A stretch of DNA of 62,175 nucleotides, the filler included, from Asterionella formosa (taxonomy: Eukaryota), in assembly GCA_002256025.1 (NCBI GenBank). It is 20 parts of 20 records of this genome, joined end to end, with 100 filler letters (N's around TTAATTAATTAA, not from the genome) between each part and the next. Parts side by side here need not be neighbours in the genome. Positions count along the whole stretch, not along the records: positions 59,172 to 62,175 come from NKIB01014583.1; 19 more parts are not named here. One strand, written 5' to 3'. Below the pieces are notes generated by a model, which saw only the letters and a program-made list of their open reading frames with translations, ran no database searches and was not told the DNA's origin. Position 1 is the stretch's first letter; each line of letters begins with the position of its first letter. Position numbers and translations under genes: made by a program. This document shows positions 60,409-62,175 of this stretch, in pieces.

Positions 60409-62175
60409 ATGCGTGATCAATCAGTGATTGTTCGAGATCCAATTCCTATAAATCTCTGGCAAGCTATTTCGGATATCATGTCAAAACATATTCAGGAGCT
60501 GTCTCAGGCTGAGGCTTCCTCTGCATCCGACAGTGAAAGCGACAATGGAGTCTCTATTCCTGGAGCAGAGAACAGCGATTTCTTCAGTGACGAGGATGAA
60601 AGTCTCATTTCATCAACTGATGGTAAGAAAAACATTTCGACTATTTCTGATCACAAGGGAATTGAAAAAACCTTTCCTTAGAGTTTCTTCAATCTGAGTT
60701 GAAGAAAAGTAGAAAAGAGATTGAAGAGCTTCGGGAAGTAACGGAGAAGCAAAGACTTCAACTTTCTGGTGGCCATGGCATTGGAAGAGACAAGCATTGG
60801 ACCCGGAATGTTGGTCAATGGGTCAAACTTGAACTTTTCCCAAAAGTCAAGTTTATCACAGGTGATATTGAACTTGATGAAAGGGGACCAACTAGTCTGG
60901 CACTCTCATTTCGTGCTCACTTCCCAAGTCTATTCATGGGAACCGATAAGGACTTCGAGTCAATTTGGCAGACATATAAGAATGATATTAATAAAGTGAT
61001 GTCTGAGAAAAGAAATGCCGTTGTTACCACTCTCAAACATGCCTTTGCCAGTAAGTAAACAACTTGACTTGGTGGTATGCCTGATTTGTTCTTGACTTGG
61101 TTAACATACTCATTGTTTACTACTTACAAAACATTCGATTCCAATCTACAAAACTTCAGGACTTTTTCGTGATGGTATGCACATTCATCTGAATAAGCAT
61201 ACCATCTCCAACAGCCGTTCTGTTTCTATTCAGGAGACAGGTGATGGAGAAGGAACCAAGAATCATCCTTTCTTCCTTCTAGTTGAGTACTTTTATTCCA
61301 GGGTTGGGCGAAAGCTGTCTTGGAAACGACAGTGTGCTAAGAAGCATGTCAGTGACATTGTTAGTGTTTCTGACGAGGTTTTTTCATTGTTGGTCTTGGA
61401 GAATTGTTGGGATGTCTGGTTGCATAAGGCAATGATGAAAGGTCATGAAGATGATACTCCTGCACCAAAATACGTTTATACCGGTACTGGAGGACAGGGA
61501 AAGAGATATGGTGGCTGGGACGCAAAGGGATATGCCAGGTTCAACAGCCTGTATGACATAGTTGTTCATCAAAGGACAACTGCCATGAGCAGGCAGTTGG
61601 AGATCAGTTTTAAGTCCAATCTTCTTGTTTTGGCTGGAGTTCCACAAGGTTAGTCACTTCGGGGAAGTGAACAAAGTGGAATTGTTGAAATGATGTTCAT
61701 TGAAAATATTGACTAACTGATGGAAATTTTCATTGAAGTTACGCCAGGGAACAACAGTGTGCCTGCCATTAGAGTTCGGAATGATCTAGTGGCCATTTCT
61801 CTTCCAGTAAGCACAACTCCGGCATCTTCCATCAGTGGATTGACTCCACAAGTTATTTCAGGAAGAACTTCAAGGATAACAACTGGTAGTACTAAGAGTG
61901 CTAAGAGTTCAAAGAGTACAAAGAGTTTGAACGTGATTATTCACTTTCCCCCAGACCAAGTCAAGGGTGCCACAGATTGGTACTTCCAAGAGATGAAGAA
62001 AAAGATGTATGTGGAGCTTCGGATGAAGAAAAAGAGTGAAATTTATAGGGCTTGTATTGATCAGAACATTGCACCCCCAGACCTTTTTGGAGATGAAATT
62101 AAAGAAGGGATGATGAATGACGAGAGCTACATTAAAAAGTTCGAGGAGGTTGCAGCAAAGGGCGAGAAGAAATAC
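60409..62175 (+). pseudogene. Degenerate spliced ORF of a probably transposon-associated family
   Basis: ORF chain with stops; intron-like gtaagt (61051)..ttcag. Motif SVSDEVFSLLVLENCW...GWDAKGYARFNSL resembles the SDEAF..L.LEN / GW..EG..RFN proteins I associate with DNA-transposon accessory ORFs (recall, not a search). Confidence 0.4.

Overview
This is not one contiguous locus. It is 20 unrelated contigs of about 3.0 kb joined by 19 artificial 100-nt spacers (N44-TTAATTAATTAA-N44), so nothing can be inferred across a spacer. The content points to a repeat-rich eukaryotic genome, most likely a diatom: bipartite signal+F plastid presequences, a CP12-type protein, CoDi-like Ty1/copia elements, short GT-AG introns and a TTAGGG telomere. 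Host genes are an mTERF-like/ankyrin protein, a conserved K/R/S-rich nuclear protein, an MFS transporter C-terminus, a double-CP12 protein, GGCT/AIG2, MAPEG, a 2OG-Fe(II) oxygenase-ankyrin protein, a DOT1-like methyltransferase, a GT61 glycosyltransferase and one 5S rRNA gene. There are also isolated fragments of PRP16-like, SpoU/MRM1-like, HECT and LRR genes. Mobile DNA dominates: several copia families with LTRs, a gypsy integrase piece, a tyrosine-recombinase retroelement, a Penelope-like RT with no visible endonuclease, PIF/Harbinger-superfamily transposases and many small hairpin MITEs. The most striking unexplained signal is a strong excess of TA-CCGG-TA (>=23) and TA-CCWGG-TA (>=11) motifs. 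Paralog comparison shows some are insertions at TA sites, as expected for Tc1/mariner-type excision footprints. All family assignments are by motif recognition; no database searches were run.
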